NCBI RefSeq assembly: GCF_018977255.1 | Contig: NW_024704742.1 | Location: 138,262,001-138,326,000, forward strand | Reading direction: 5' to 3' | From: Callorhinchus milii | Taxonomy: Eukaryota | DNA: 64,000 bases | Shown: positions 36,188 to 51,111 of the stretch, piece after piece | How positions within the stretch are numbered: position 1 is the first letter of the stretch | Layout: every line of letters starts with the position of its first letter | Notes under the pieces: model-generated | Databases searched by the model: none | Told to the model about the DNA's origin: nothing | What the model saw: only the letters and a program-made list of their open reading frames with translations | Made by a program: the position numbers and the translations under genes

Positions 36188-39100
36188 CAGACAGCGAGTT
36201 CCACAATCTCACTGCCCTCTGTGTGATAGTTTCTCCTATATTCTCCTTTAGCTCCCTAGTCGCTAAATTATACTTGTGTTCCCGCTTACAGACTCTCCAA
36301 CAAGTGGGAACAGCCACAATTTGCAAAATTCTTGTCATAACTGTCAGCAATCATCTGAGTGACCACATTTTTATTATTTTTTAAGGGATTACCCCCAGAA
36401 AGCGATCTGCCCCGGTTTTGTAGATATTTCTCCGTCGTAAGGCACAATATTAAATGCAAGATTAAGGACATTATCATAATACTATATTGTTTTCACTGTA
36501 TCGGTGCTTACTCACTTTCATTTTGAACAATTCTGTTGATCCACTCTTAGTTGCCAAGTGTGTTAATTAATTCCACACTCTTAACATCCCTCTGAATGAA
36601 GTATTTCCTTTGAACCTCTCCCCTGATTCTACTGTTAACAATCCTCCTCAGCTTTACCTCCCTGGATATTTTAACAGCAAGTAGAAGATATAAAAACAAG
36701 ATCAAATTGAATTTGTAAAGCGCCCTTCACGTAGGAAAGACGTCCCAGGGCGCTGGACAGTCAGTGGTTTTGGACTGAGAGTTGGGGTCAGGAGGGTTGG
36801 GGGGCAGGAAGGGTGGGGGTGGAAGGGTGGCTGAAGACACGGTCGATGAGGAAGGTCTTCAGATGGGACTGAAGGAGGCAAGAGAGGGAGTGAGGGGGAG
36901 GGATTGCGGGAGTTCCAGAGTGTGGGGGCAGAAATGTTGAATGCCTGACCGCCAATGGTGGGGCAGAAAGTCCAGGGGACCTGAAGAACCAGTGCCTGCC
37001 GAGCGGAGGGAGCGGACAGGCTGATATGGAGTTAGGAGGTCACAGAGGTAGGGGCGAGCAAGACTGTGGAGGGCTTTGAAGGTGAGAACGAGGGTTCTGT
37101 AAATCAGAATCTTTTAACGGATTTTAGAAGATTTGAAATTTAGTTTTACTATTTTGAAGCAACCCACAATATTTATGTTTGGCTAACATATTTATTTTAT
37201 AAGAATAAATAGTAGGATCACTAATTAGTACAAGGATCACAGAGCAGCCGCAGGGAATTTCTTATGGAACAAATATTTACTAATAATAATTAATAATTAA
37301 ATATTTACATGCTGAGTATATTACACATAGAAATCTTTGAAGATTTTCTCTTACCAAATACAGTTTGTCAAAGAGTTGTGAAAACCTAAACTATGACTGA
37401 AACAAACAGTTCACATTGAAGTATAGAAAATAAAAACTGTCATAGTTATAGGCTTGATCACTTGCACTGAAGCAGTCTAAGCTCAGAGTTAGTGCTAGTA
37501 AGGTTAGAAGTGAGATCAGGAAATGTGTTTAGTCCTGTAGCAAGAGGACCGTGCCTTCAGCTCCCCTCTCGACTCTCTTCCTCCTCCTCGCTCCCTCCCT
37601 TCCCTCCCCTCACCCTGACCATTTCCCCCCTCCTCTCTCCCTCCCTTCCCTCCCCTCACCCTGACCATTTCCCCCCTGCTCGGGTCATGACCCAACTGTA
37701 CAGCGCCTTGGGACGTCCTCCTGACGTGAAAGGCGCTCTATAAATGGAATCTTGTTGTTGTTGTTGTTGTAGCGTAGTGGTTAATACGCTTGCCTTGCAA
37801 GCAAGAGGATCTAGGTACATTTCCCGGGCAGAGCGAAATATCTGCAAGTTTCCTTACTCCTTACTCTGTTTACCTAGCAGTAATTAGATAACCAGCTGTT
37901 AGTCAATTGGTGGATCGCTTTCCGGGAATAATAATCCCTCTAAAACAGTCTATTCTGTGAAGCGCTTTGAGACGTCGAGAAGACGTGAAAAGAGCTATAT
38001 CAAATGCAAGGATTATTATTATTAAAAATAATAATAATTCGGTCACCCAATCCACGACTGTTTGTGGGACGCTGCCGTGCGCAATTGGCTGCGGCATTTC
38101 GCCCACAAAATGTGCAGTCACTACACTGTACAGTATATTCTATGAAGCGCTTTGTGGCATCTCGAAGATTTGATAAGATGCTATATCAAATGCAAAGATT
38201 ATTAGTATTATCAAGTTCCACGTCAGCATTCAGAACCCATATAGTCTACACTGGCACTGCACTGCTGCACTGGGCATTGTTGGAGGTGTCGTCCTTTGGA
38301 TGAGGTGTTGAACCGAGTTCCTGTCTGTGTGGCCACACGTAGCACTTTTGGAATAGAAGGCTGTAGATGCAGTACAGAGGAGAGCAACGAGGCTGATCCC
38401 CAGTGTTAGAGGAACCAGCTGTGAGCAACAAATAGACAACCTCAAGCTCTTCAGTCTTGAAAGAAGATGCTCAGTGGGGACCTCATAGTGAAATAGTGTA
38501 AATGGGATTGAAAAATAAAGCCAGATCATTACATCAGGAGTATCGTTGACAGTTAAACAAGAGGACATAGCTTTAAAGTGGTAAAGGGCAATTGCGGGAT
38601 AGATACCAGTAAATTCTACTGGAACAAGTTGCCAGGAAAGGTGGTAGAGGTCAGAACACTAGACTCAGTTATGAAGCAGCTTGATACTATTGTTGGGGGA
38701 TAATAATAATAATAAAAATCCTTGCATTTGGTACAGCACTTTATCATGTCTTCGAAATGTGTCTCAAAGCGCTTCACAGAATATACTGTAAAGTGTAGTG
38801 ACTGTGGGAAGGGATGGTCGGATGGGGGTACTGGAGGGATGAGATTGGATGGGTGGAAGGGCCTTCTTCATTCAGAACAATTTGTGATCTTGTGTTGGGA
38901 GTTTCTCTCTCCCAGGATCACAATACAAAATTACAGTTTCTCAGCGCCTTTCACATCGGGAGGATGTCCCAAGGTGCTGGACAGTTAGGGATTTGGACCT
39001 GAGCTGGGGGTTGGGATCAGGGATGGAAGGCGGAGAGGGGGGGGGGTGAAGGAGGGTGGCCGAAGGCGCGGTCAAAAAGGAGGGTCTTGAGACGTGCCTT

Positions 39101-39221
39101 GAAGGAGGCAAGGGAGCGAGGCGAAGGGACTCTTGGTTGGAGTTTCAAAAGGTGGGGACAGAGAGGCTGAAGGTCCGACTGGCGATGGTGAGGAGGGGAA
39201 GGCCATGTAAGATCACATCGT

Positions 39222-39542
39222 GGAGTCCTGTAGCTCAGTGGTTAGAGCACTCGCTTTGCAAGTGAGAGACCTGAGTTCAATTCCAGGCAGAGGGTGAAAC
39301 CTCGGGCAAGTTTCCTTACTCCACACAGAGCCTAATAATAATCCCTCCAAAAAACAATAATAAAAAATTGGTCATTTTCAATCTACGACTGTTTGTGGGA
39401 CATTGCTGTGCGCAATTGGCTGCTGCGTTCGCCCACAAATATACAGTCAATTCACTTTACAGTATATTCTGTGAAGCGCTTTGGGACGTCCTCCCGACGT
39501 GAAAAGCGCTATATCAAATGCAAGGATTATTATTATTATTAT
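39222..39542 (+). mobile_element. Full-length young SINE, short subfamily
   Basis: Nearly identical to 13512-13835. Confidence 0.95.
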
Positions 39543-40987
39543 CAAGCATTAGAAACCGAAGGATTAGTGACTGCAGAGTAAGAGTTAAAAGAACTGCTCA
39601 AATCTCAAGCAATGCTTGCTCAAGGACAAAGTGAGTGAAAAACAAATACATATTATGGGAATATAATGGTCCGCTGATCAAATGGCTAAACCACGGACGC
39701 TAAAATCTCAAAGAAACTTGTAACTTTATATGGAGTTGCTTTTCACATAAATAGATTACGAGCCAAGTAGGGTTTGTAAACATGTGGATTGGGGAACAAA
39801 AACTGAAGCGTGCAAAGTTAGGAGAGCAGGTCAACCCTTTTCCCAGAGGAGCCAGGTAATATGGTTTTTCTCTGTAACTGCTGCTTAATCTTTGTGTCTC
39901 TAAATCTCTTAATCTCTATCTGACTGTATATTAACCGTATATCCACAGAGGCATGTGGAGGACATTAAAGAAACAGGCGCTACTTTAAAACAAAACCTTT
40001 ATATAGCGATGTCCGTGCACCGAACGGTGTAGCTATCAATCCGGAAACCAGGTATCTTTATTGTTTTCTTCTTTCCTCTAGAGGCTGTTTCAGTAGGAGC
40101 CAATACATATACCAATGCAGCAAAACCTTAGGCAAGTTTCCTTACTCTACATGTCTCTGTTTACCTAGCAGCAAGTAGGAACCCAGTTGTTAGTTGGTTG
40201 GTGAATCGATCGCTTTCCATGGGTAATGATCCCTTAAAAAAATAATAATATTAATTTGGTCACTCAATCCACAAGTGTCTTTGGGACACCACTGTCCACA
40301 ATTGGCTGCTGAGTTTGGCCCACAAATATACAGTCAAGTCACTTTACTGTATATTCTGTGAAGCGCTTTGAGATGTCTCAATGACCTGATAAGGAGCTAT
40401 ATCAAATAAGAATTATTATTACTCTATGTTTTCAGCAACTGTTGGCCAGCAAACTGGGAAAAAATTGCTTATCTTTTCGAATAGTGCCATGGAATATTTA
40501 ACAGCCAACCGAACAGGTACAGACATAACCGCAGGTTAACATGTCTTCTGAAGGACAGCCCTCTGACAATCCCGAGCAGTGTAGCAGAGTGCCAGTCTAC
40601 ATTGTGCGCTCCGACTTAGGGCTTGAACGCACAAATGGCTGACCCAAGCCCTTTTTTGACGCACAGATCTGTTAGGTTCAATGAGTCACTTGGTGGTAAC
40701 CATACAAACCATGATTCATTCAGCTGTGCTGAGAATACTTACTATTGCAGAGGAAAACAACGTGGTTTGAGTAGAAGCCAATTTTATCTGCCAGAGCAAG
40801 TCTTAGCTAACAATTGTCATATTGTAGGAATGTAAATGAGCTAAGACAAGTACAAACACAACAGGATAAGGCCATGAATTGTAAATAGCAACCCATCTGG
40901 TTTCTGCCTATATTTGTCTCAGTGTTGCCAAAGCCCGAGGGCCATTTTGTACACTGTTACTAACTATGAAAAGCATGGTTTTATGTA

Positions 40988-42690
40988 AACAACAACAAGA
41001 TTACATTTGTATAGCGCCTTTCACGTCGGGAGGACGCCCCAAGGCACTGGACAGAGTACAGCATTTCCGACCCGAGCTGGGGTTGGGGGGGAAAGGGAGT
41101 GGGGGGGAAGGGGGGTGGCTGATGGCATGGTCGAAGAGGAGGGTCTTGAGGTGGGACTTGAAGGAGGCTAAGGAGGGGGCGAGGTGGAGTGACTGGGGGA
41201 TGGAATTCAGGAGGTTGGGGGCAGAGTGGCTGAAGGCTCTCCCGCCAATGGTGGGGCGAGTGGGTCGGGGGAACATAGAGCAGGCCAGAGGCAGCTGAGC
41301 GGAGGGAGCGGTCGGGGATTAGGAGGTCGCAGAGGTAGGGTGGGGCGAGACCATGGAAGGCTTTGTATATGAGGACCAGGATCTTGAACTGGATCCTCTG
41401 AAGGATAGAGAGCCAATGGAGTCGGGCGAGAGTGGGGGAAATGGGGTCATGGAGTTTGGTGCGGGAGAGGACATGGGCTGCAGAGTTCTGGATTATCTGC
41501 AGTCTGTGGATGGAGGAGTTGGGAAGGCCGACACGCAGGGAGTTTGCATAGTCGAGCCTGGAGGTGATGAAGGTACGAACAAGAGTTTCAGTGGCCTGAG
41601 GGGTGAGGTAGTGGCGGAGACGAGCGATGTTACGGAGGTGAGGGAAGGCAGAGCGGGTCATGGCTTGAATGTGGGGGAGAAAAGACAGTTGAGGGTCGAA
41701 CACGACCCCCAGGTTCCTGACTGGTGAGTTGAAGTGTGAAACCATGGAGGGTGATGGTGCCAGAGCCTGAGGTGCTGAGGGCCAATCAGGAGGGCCTCAG
41801 TCTTGTTCACATTCAATTGTAGGAAATTTGCCCTCATCCAGGACTTGATGTCATCCACATACATGTCGAAGTTGACCCCATGTCTGTGGATGATGTCACT
41901 AAGGGGGAGCATGTAGATATTAAAGAGGAGACAAGGACAGAGCCCTGGGGGGCGCCAGATGTGACAGTGCGGGGGCTGGAGGAGAAACCATTAGAGGCAA
42001 CAAAGTGGAGACAGTGAGAGAGATACAAATCGAACCAGGGAAGGGCAGATCCGTGAAGATTGAGTAAGGCGGAGAGGTGGTGTATGAGGATGGAGTGGTT
42101 GACAGTGTCGAAGGCGGCAGAGAGGTCGAGGAGGACAAGGAGGCAGAGGGAGCCCTGATCACAGATGTCATTAGTGACTGTGACCGGGGCTGTTTCTGTG
42201 CTGTGGGCAGCGCGGAAGCCGTATTGGAGGAGTTCAAAGAGGGAATGGCGAAAGAGAAAGGAGCGGAGCTGGTACGTGATGACTCATTCTAGGACCTTGG
42301 AGAGGAATGGGAGGTTAGAGATGGGCCGACAGCTGGAGAGGGGGGATGGGTCCAGGGAAGGTTTTTTCAGGTTGGGGGCTGTTTTTAGGGGGGTGGGAAC
42401 TGTAGCGGTGGATAGGGAGAGGTTGATGACATCGGACAGGAGGGGGGCCAGAAGGTGGAGCTGGGAGATGAGGAGAGAGGTGCGGATGGGATTGAAGGAG
42501 CAGGTGGGTTTGAGTTTGCGGACAGTCGCGGTGAGGAAGGAGGGAGAGATAGAGTCGAAGGAGTATAGGGGTGTGATGGGTGGGGGGTTGGGTCGTGAGG
42601 GAGAGGTGATGCTGGGGTGGCTGTGGACAGAGCTGAGGTGGCTGAACGTATCCCCTCGATTTTGGATTCGAGGAAGTCCAACATCTCCTC
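40988..42690 (-). mobile_element. L2 LINE fragment (RT region to 3' tail), second subfamily
   Basis: MYVDDIKSWMRANFLQLNVNKTE, VRNLGVVFDPQLSF, TFITSRLDYANSL, RLQIIQNSAAHVL; (CAA)n tail at about 40990. Confidence 0.93.
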
Positions 42691-45574
42691 ACAGTTGGGT
42701 GTGTGTAAACAATGGGTTACACACATATTTTTCTGTTTAGCTCTGCAATTAGCCCCCAAGAGTTTAAAAGGTTGAGGGTTGATCTGATTGAGGTGTTTAC
42801 CATGAAAAAGAGATTCGATAGGGCAGCTACAGAGAAACTATTTCCTCTAATGCGAGAATCCAGAACAAGGGGCTTCATCTTAAAATCAGAGCCAGGCCAT
42901 TTAGCAGTGAAATCAGAGGCAGTTTTTCGCACAAAGGGTCGTGAAAATCTGGAACTCTCTCCCAGAAAAGGCTGTGGATTGTGGCTAGAGTAGGAGGAGG
43001 GGGCACGAGGATATTTACTGTGCTTTTGAAGCCAAAAGCGACAGCCATTTTACACTCAGCAAGTTCCCATACAATGACAATCATCACCAGATTGGTCTGG
43101 GTGAAAAAGTCCCTTTGCCCCATCTGATCCCAAACAATGATCACTTTAGCTGTCCTGGACACCGGGAGAAAGTCCGTTTTGTTTTTGAATAGTGCTATCT
43201 TTAATGTCTGCTTAGAACAGGCAGACGTTTCAAGTGCAGTCCGGCACTCCCAACAAGGCTGCGCTGGGGTGTCAGATGGAAAGTGAGTTCAAAGTCCGAA
43301 TATGGGGTTTGAACCTTCTGGCTCAGAGATGAGAACACGACCTGAGGTTTATACATACAACTGATCCACCAGCAGCTGAGCCGTTGTTGAACATCACTGG
43401 ATTAACATCCGAATTACACAAGATAATATGATTATTTAGACCGTCAGATCCTAGCCCTATTCCACAGGGTGTTCAGAAAGTCCTCTTAACCTCATGTTAT
43501 TTTACCTCGTGCACTGACCAACAACTGAAACATGTGGAAGAATGATGATAATTGTATTTAATTCTATTCAGTACAGGTGTTTAAGTGTATTTAAATTTCC
43601 AGTGGATGGGTGTAAGTGTGAGCGTGTGAATGAGTGTGTGTGTGTGAGTGTGTATCTGTGTGTGAGTGAGTGAGCGATAATTTTCAAGGTGGATAATGAT
43701 CCATCACCATGTTTAGTACCACGTGGATGAAGTGACAGACGAGAAAATTACTGGTATCAGACATTGTTACACTCCACTTGATCTGCAACACAAAAAAAAC
43801 ATTCATTTGAAGAAAAACATGGGGGGACAACAACAAATTACTTTGTATAGAGCCTTTCACGTCAGGGAGGATGTCCCAAACAGGACTTTGTGAACAACCT
43901 GTACCTTTCATTTTTCCCACCCTGATTGGTCAGTCGCTGAGCCTTCAGCCACTACATCTTTCTGGAATTCTCTCCCCAAATCCCTTTGCTTCTTCTCTCC
44001 TAGCTTGAAACCCTCTGAGAAACATATCTCTTAGATCAACAGCCTTGCATTGTCATTCCTCTCTTCCTGCTAGATAATCCCCGTCAACATTCGGAATTGC
44101 TTCGAGACATTCATCCAACATGAAAAGCACTGTATAAGTGCAAGTTGTTGCTCTTGTACACCATACTTTACAATGTAATTTGTATTTATCTAGTTCCTTT
44201 TGTGCAGTCCCGTAGCATATTGGTTAGTGCACTCACCTAGCAAGTGTTCGAGTCCCAGGCAGGGCAAGTTTCCTTACTCCACGCGCCTGTTTGCCTAGCA
44301 GTAAGGAGGAACCTGGTTGTTAATAGGTTGGTGGACCAATTTTCTGGGAGTAATAATTCCTTCAAAATAAATAAACATGATTTGGTTACTCAATCCACAA
44401 TTGGTAGAACGCTCTCTGTGGGTAATAATCTCTCTCTCCCCCACCCCTCCCCCACCATAACAATAATTATAACATGGGCACTCAATCCACGACTGTTTGT
44501 GGGACACTGCTGTGCAAGTTGATCTGCTTCAAAGTATATATTCTGTGAAGCGCTTTGAGATGTCTCGAAGAAGTGATAAGCTGCTATATCAAATAAAAAT
44601 AATGTTCCTTGCATTTGGTGCAAGTGCAAGGATTATTATTATTATTACTTGAGTGATTCAGCAGTCAGTATTGGCTGGCAGTGTTCCCATGCATGTAAAA
44701 TATCTGCTTGTTCCTCAGAAGCTTTTAAATTCCTTCTGAACTTGATGTTTAGTTAGTTTGTGCCCAGTAAGATCCTACAGACATTCTGAAATGAATGAAT
44801 AATGTATTTGGGGAATTCTGGCCAGGATAAGCGAGGAAATTCCCTTCTCTTAAGAAATAATAAGGAATTCGAGGAAACAGATGGAAAATGGGAATTAGCA
44901 AAGAAGAGTGACTTAAAAATGTTAGAGATAATAGTCTATGGAAGCATTACTTCAGTGGGCGAGTAGTAAACGTATGGAACAGGCACCCTAGGAAGACAGA
45001 CGAAGCAGAACATTTTGTTTGTTTCAAGAACAAATTAGATAGATTTCTGCTAGAAAATAATGCCTGGGGACACAGTGTAGAGTTTGAGACACGACATTTC
45101 AAGCGACTGCCAGGATAGTGGAAGGAGAACTAGGTGGACCTTGGTCTTCTTTTACCAATAAATTCTTATGTTCTTATGTTCACAGTGGTGTGGAGACGAT
45201 GGATAAATTACCCCTTTCTGTGCTGTCGATAATTATGTTTGTGTGATTGGATAAATTTCTTCTCTCGAAATACTTTTGCTAATTATATGTTAATGTAAAA
45301 TTTCTGGTTGCATTACTCACAAGAATTAATTGTTTCCTGGGAAACTGTAACCTTACAAACATGTAGAAATATGATTAATAGTTTTATATAGTTTTCTTGG
45401 TTAGTTAGACACATCTGGAGCCTAACTAGCTAAAACCACATAGCTTATGGTTGATATTGCTGTCTGGTAAGCTTTCTCACTGGTTGTCGAGCGAGGACCA
45501 TCCTACATATTAGAGTTTTGCACAGCAGTTGCTGTGGAGTACTCCTGGAGAATCTGCCGAGCTCAATGACAGAA

Positions 45575-47185
45575 CAACAACAACTTGCATTTATATCGCG
45601 CCCTTCACGCCTGGTAGCATCTCGGGACGCTGAACAGTAGTGGAGCCTAACGTTGAGCTGGAAGGAGTTGAGAGGTGACCGTAGGCACGGTTGAAGAAGA
45701 AGGCCTTGAGCTCTGAAGATGGGGAAAGAGGGGGCAAGGCAGAGGGATAGAGGGAGAGAGTTCCAGAGCTTTGGAGCATAATGGCTGAAAGCACACCCAG
45801 ACGGTGATGGAACGCAAGGGTTGAGGGACATGCAGGAGGCCGGAGCCAACTGAGCGGAAGTGGCCAGTGGGCCCATGGGGGAATAAGCAGCCACCCAGAC
45901 GAGGGGGAGATGCCAGGGTGTGAAAGCATTCGTAGAAGAGTGTGAGATCCAGAAATCGATCCATTCTGTGATAGGAAGTCAGTGGAGCTTCCTAGATTTC
46001 TGCGTCATCCCTTCACTCTCTGCTACCTCCCTACCTCTCCGACTTCCTCATTCCCCAATCCACCACCTGGCGCTCGACTACCGGCTCCTGCTCGATCCTC
46101 GCACCCTTCCCTCTCCCCATCATCAGAGGTCACGCTTTCAGCCACTATGCCCCAAAACTCTGGAACTCTCTCCTTCAATCCCACCTGAAAACCTTCCTCT
46201 TCGACCGTGCTTATGGCCATCTCCCCCATCTCCCCCTGGCTCGGAGTCAGGCTCTGCCACTGTTAGATGCTACACTGCGTGGAGGGCGTATTATAAGTGC
46301 AAGTTGTTGTGTTGGAGCCTGGCGAGGGCTGGTGTGATGGGGGTACAGTGTGGTGAGTACACTAGTGAGAGGGGAATTGGAATAGTTGGGTTGGGTGCGA
46401 GTTAAGGTCGGAGGCGGGCGATGTGACGGAGATGGAGGAAGGTGGTCCCGGTCAGGGTTTAAATCTGCGGGAGGAAGGACAGCTGGGGTTGAACCTGACA
46501 TCTAGATTACGAACAGATTCAGTAAGTCTTATGGAAGGGCCAGGGAGGTTGAGGAGGTCAGAATGCAAGAGAGAAGATGTTGACGGGAGCCAAGGTGTAT
46601 GACTTCCATCTTGTCAACATTCAGTTGGAGGAAACGTTCACTCACCCAGGCCCTGATGTTTGACAGACAAGCTGACAGAACATCAGTGGACTGGGAATCG
46701 CAGCTGGAGGAGGCAAGTAGATTTGTGTGTCATCTGATTACATCCCGTGTCTGTGGATGACATGGCCAAGAGGGAGCATATAGATGAGAAAGAGGAGGGG
46801 GCCAAGGATGGAACTCTAGGTACAGCACAGGTGACCGGGCGGGAGCAGGAGGAGAAACTGTTTGAGGAGATAAAGTGATGGTGGTTCGTTAAGTAGGACT
46901 CGAACCATGTGAGTGTGATACCACTGAGGTGGATGAGGGAGGAGAGGCAGTGGAGGAGGATGGTGTGGTCTTCTGTGTTGAAGGCAGTGGATAGGTCCAG
47001 GACGACGACGAGGCAGAGGGAGCCCTGGTCACAGAGAGAGAGGATGTTGTTTATGGGCTCGAGCAGGGAGTGGAGGGAGAGGTGTGAGCAAAGCTGATTT
47101 GTTTTGAAGCGTTGCAAAACTTTGGCAAGGAAGGGCAAGTTGGAAATAGGATGGTAATTAGAGAAGTTCGAGGGATCGAGGCTGG
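45575..47185 (-). mobile_element. Old fragmented L2, containing a plus-strand L2 3' piece at about 46000-46310
   Basis: [22 protein letters not shown] and VVLDLSTAFNTEDH; tail at about 45575. Confidence 0.8.
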
Positions 47186-48724
47186 ATTTCAACATTCTGT
47201 TGCCAAACATGTCACCTTTTGTAAAAGGATTTGTTTTCTTTGATGTTTTGTGTGAATATGCAGCAGAGTATTGTGTAGGGAGGCTCATTGACAAGTATAA
47301 TACTATAATTATCCTTGCATTTGATTTAGTGCCTTATTACATTGGGGCATCTCAACGCTCTTCTCAGAATTTACCGTAGAGTACATTGATTGCACTTCAT
47401 AGAATCATAGAATGTTACGGCACAGAAGGAGGCCATTCGGCCCATCAAGTCTGTGCGGCTCTTTGACAGAGCAACTGACTTTTATTAAAAGTCTTGTAAT
47501 CAATTTGCGCACAGCATTTATTTCCATAAATAGTCATGAAATGAAAGACTAATTTTTTATTTTTTATCTGGGGAATTGTTGCCCAAAGGACCAGGAGAAA
47601 CACCCACCTCTTTTCAAATGGTGCTGTGAGATCTTTAATGTCCACCTGAACAGACAGACGGGGATATGGTTTAATGTTTCATCTTAAAGGAGTCCTGTAG
47701 CTCAGTGGTTAGAGCACTCGCCTCGCAAGCGAGAGGATCTGGGATTGATTCCCAGGCAGAGCGAAATGTTAGCCAAGTTTCCTTCTGGTTTCCTTCTGGT
47801 TACCTGGCAGGAAGAAGGAACCCGGTTGCAGTCCTGTAGCTCAGTGGCTGGAGCACTTGTCTCACAAGCGAGAAACCTGGGTTCAATTCCGGGCAGGGTG
47901 AAACCTTGGGCAAGTTTCCTTATTCCACATGACTAATAATAATCCCTCCAAAACAAAAAAAATAATAAATTGGTGATTTTCAATTCACGACTGTTTGTGG
48001 GACACTGCTGTGCGCAATTGGCTGCTGCGTTTCGCCCACAAATATACAGTCAATGCTTAGCTGGATCTCTGCTTTGCCCTCGCCTTCTCACATTTAAATC
48101 CTGCTTTAAGACCTTTATATTTGACTGCACTTTTGTTCACCATTCCTCCCCAGCTTCCCCCCACCTCCCCCGGCCACCACCTCCAGCTCAAGCTCCCAAT
48201 TGGCTCTGTAAAGCGCTTTGAGACATCTTCCCAATGCAATATAAGTGTAAATCATTATAGTAATTACTGTAAAAGTGCACTGAGATACGTTGATGTAATA
48301 ATCAGGTGCCATAAAAATGTGAGTTCTTGCACAGGAGCATCCGAAGGAGTGAGATTTTATTTAAATAATTTATATACATTTATTTCTCATGTTTTAGTTC
48401 CATTATTTTTTTGTGGTTACAATCCTCAATTTCTGACTCAGATTGTTTCCACCCACTTCAAGGAATTGAACTAGAAATTCTCAATTCTGGTTAACTGTGA
48501 TGTGTACAAGGAGGGGCAGAAAGCCAGACTGTGTGCGCAAGTTATTCAAGCGCCAGTCGGGACTTTGAGCTTATTGACTCAGCTAACATTCAAGTGCAGT
48601 GCTAGGGGAGTGCTGAATTGTTGGAGTTGCCGTGATAATAATATAATAATCCTTGCATTTGATATAGCGCTTTTCACGTCTGGACGTCTCAAAGCGCTTC
48701 ATAAAATATTCTGTAAAGTGAATT

Positions 48725-49660
48725 GACATCGAGTCCTGGACGAGAGACAACTTTCTTCAGCTCAACGTGTGTAAAACTGAGGCCCTCCTGATTGGCTCAC
48801 GTCAGCGCCTCCGCACCTCAGGCGCTGACAGCCTCAGCATCCAAGGCCGCACTCTCCACCTCTCAAAGCCATCAGGAACCTCGGGGTTCTGTCCGACCCT
48901 GAGCTGTCCTTTCTCCCTCATATCCGCACCACAACTGGCACCGCCTTCCATCACCTCCGGAACATCGCCAGACTACGGCACTACCTCACCCCTCACGCGG
49001 CTGAGACTCTGGTCCACACCTTTATCACCTCAAGGCTGGACTATGGGAACTCTCTCCTCGCCGGCCTTCCCGCCACCTCCCTCCACACTGCAGGTCATTC
49101 AGAACTCTGCAGCTCGTGTACTGTCCCACACCAGACACCGCGACCACATCACTCCCACCCTCGCCCTCACCCTCGCCCTCGCCCTCACCCTCGCTCGCCT
49201 CCACTGGCTCCCCATCCCCCAGAGGATTGAATTCAAGATCCTCATCCTCACCTACAAGGCCATTCACGGCCTCGCTCCCTCCTACCTCTCTGACCTACTA
49301 TCCCCCTCCCTACCTGCCCGTACCCTCCGTTCCTCTGGCTCCGGTCTGCTCCACATCCCCCGCCCCAACCGCCCGACCATCGGTGGCCTTCAGCCTCTCA
49401 GCCCCGAGGCTCTGGAACTCTATCCCCTATCCAGTGCCTTCGCCGCTTCCTCCCTTTCCTCCTTCAAGGCCGGTCTCAAGACCTTTCTCTTTGACCTTCA
49501 GCCTTCAGCTCCCCTCTCGACTCTCTACCCCCTCCTCGCTCCCTCCCTTCCCTCCCCTCACCCTGACCATTTCCCCCCTGCTCGGGTCATGACCCAACTG
49601 TACAGCGCCTTGGGACGTCCTCCCGACGTGAAAGGCGCTCTATAAATGGAATCTTGTTGT
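48725..49660 (+). mobile_element. Young 5'-truncated L2
   Basis: Near-identical to 4781-5780, with an internal (CCCTCR)n micro-expansion at about 49158-49195. Confidence 0.93.
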
Positions 49661-51111
49661 ATATTTGTGGTCGAAACGCGGCAGCCAATTGCGCACAGCA
49701 GCGTCCCCACAAACAGTTGTGGATTGAAAATGCCCAATTTATTATTGTTTTGTTTTGGAGGGATTATTATTATGTGTGTGGGGTAAGGAAACTTGCCCAA
49801 GGTTTCGCCCTGTCTGGAATTGAACCCAGGTCTCTCGCTTGTAAGGCGAGTGCTCTAACCACTGAGCTACAGGACTCCACTGATTCTTTGAATCAGCATT
49901 AAAATCGAGGTCCCATCAATCTGTTTAAGTTAAAGATCCCACGGCGCTATTCGAAAAGAGAAGGGAATTTATCCTGGAGTCCTGGCCGACAATACCCCAG
50001 ATAATATGAATCATTCACGTCGGATTTTCCTACAAGCACACAGTCAATACACGGCATATTGTGATTAGTAATAATAATAATCCTTGCATTTGATATAGCT
50101 ACAAGTGAGACGATTTAGGTTTGAATCCCGGGCGGGACGAAACATTAGGCAAGTTTATTTACTCCACACGCCTCTGTTTACCAGCAGTAAGTAGGAACCC
50201 GGTTGTTAGTTGATTGGCAGATCACTTTTCCGGGGGTAATAATCCCTTCAAAAAAAAATGTGGTCACACAGTCCATGACTGTTTGTGGGACACTGCTGTG
50301 CGCAATTGGCTGCCGCAGTCAATTCACTTTACAGTATATTCTGTGAAGCACATTGAGACTTCTTGAAGGTATAATAAGGTGCTACATCAAATGCAAAGAT
50401 CATTATTGTTATTTTATTATTGTTCAACTAATTCAGAACTCCGCCACCCAGATTCTCACCCGCACAAAAGTTTGTAACCCCATCACACCACTCCTTGTCA
50501 GGCTCCACTTGCTCCCAATCATTGAATGGATTGATTCCAAGATTTTCTCACTCGTTTTCAAATCCCTTCTCGCCCTGGCACCTCCCTACCTCTCTGACCT
50601 GCTCACCCCCCCATCCCCGCACTCATTGCCTCTGCTCGGCTGACTCCGGCCTCCTCTTTGCCCCTCGGTGGCCGTGCATTCAACCACTACGCCTCGAAAC
50701 TCTAGAACTCTCTCCCTCAATCCCTCCGCCCTCCCTCCTCACCTTCAACTCCCGCCTAAAGACTTTCCTTTTTGATTGTGCTCACAGTCACCTCCCCCCT
50801 CCTTCTCCCCGTGGGGTCAGACTTCGCCACTGTTAAGCGCTCCGGGACGCTACCCTGTGTGAAGGGCGCTATATAAAAGTTGTGTTATTATATGTGTGCA
50901 TTCGACTTCCAAACAAGAGGAAATTTTTGTTTACATAGGACTCTCAGTCCTGTTTGAAGACTCTCAAACATGGCCATGGGTTTCCACAGGATGTGAGTTT
51001 TATTCTATTTAACAGTGAGCAGCCTCAGAGGAATAGGAGAATAAGCAGAGCCAGGCCTTGCATTTATGAATTTGTGTGAGGTTTAAGACATGCTAATTGG
51101 TATTTGAATGA

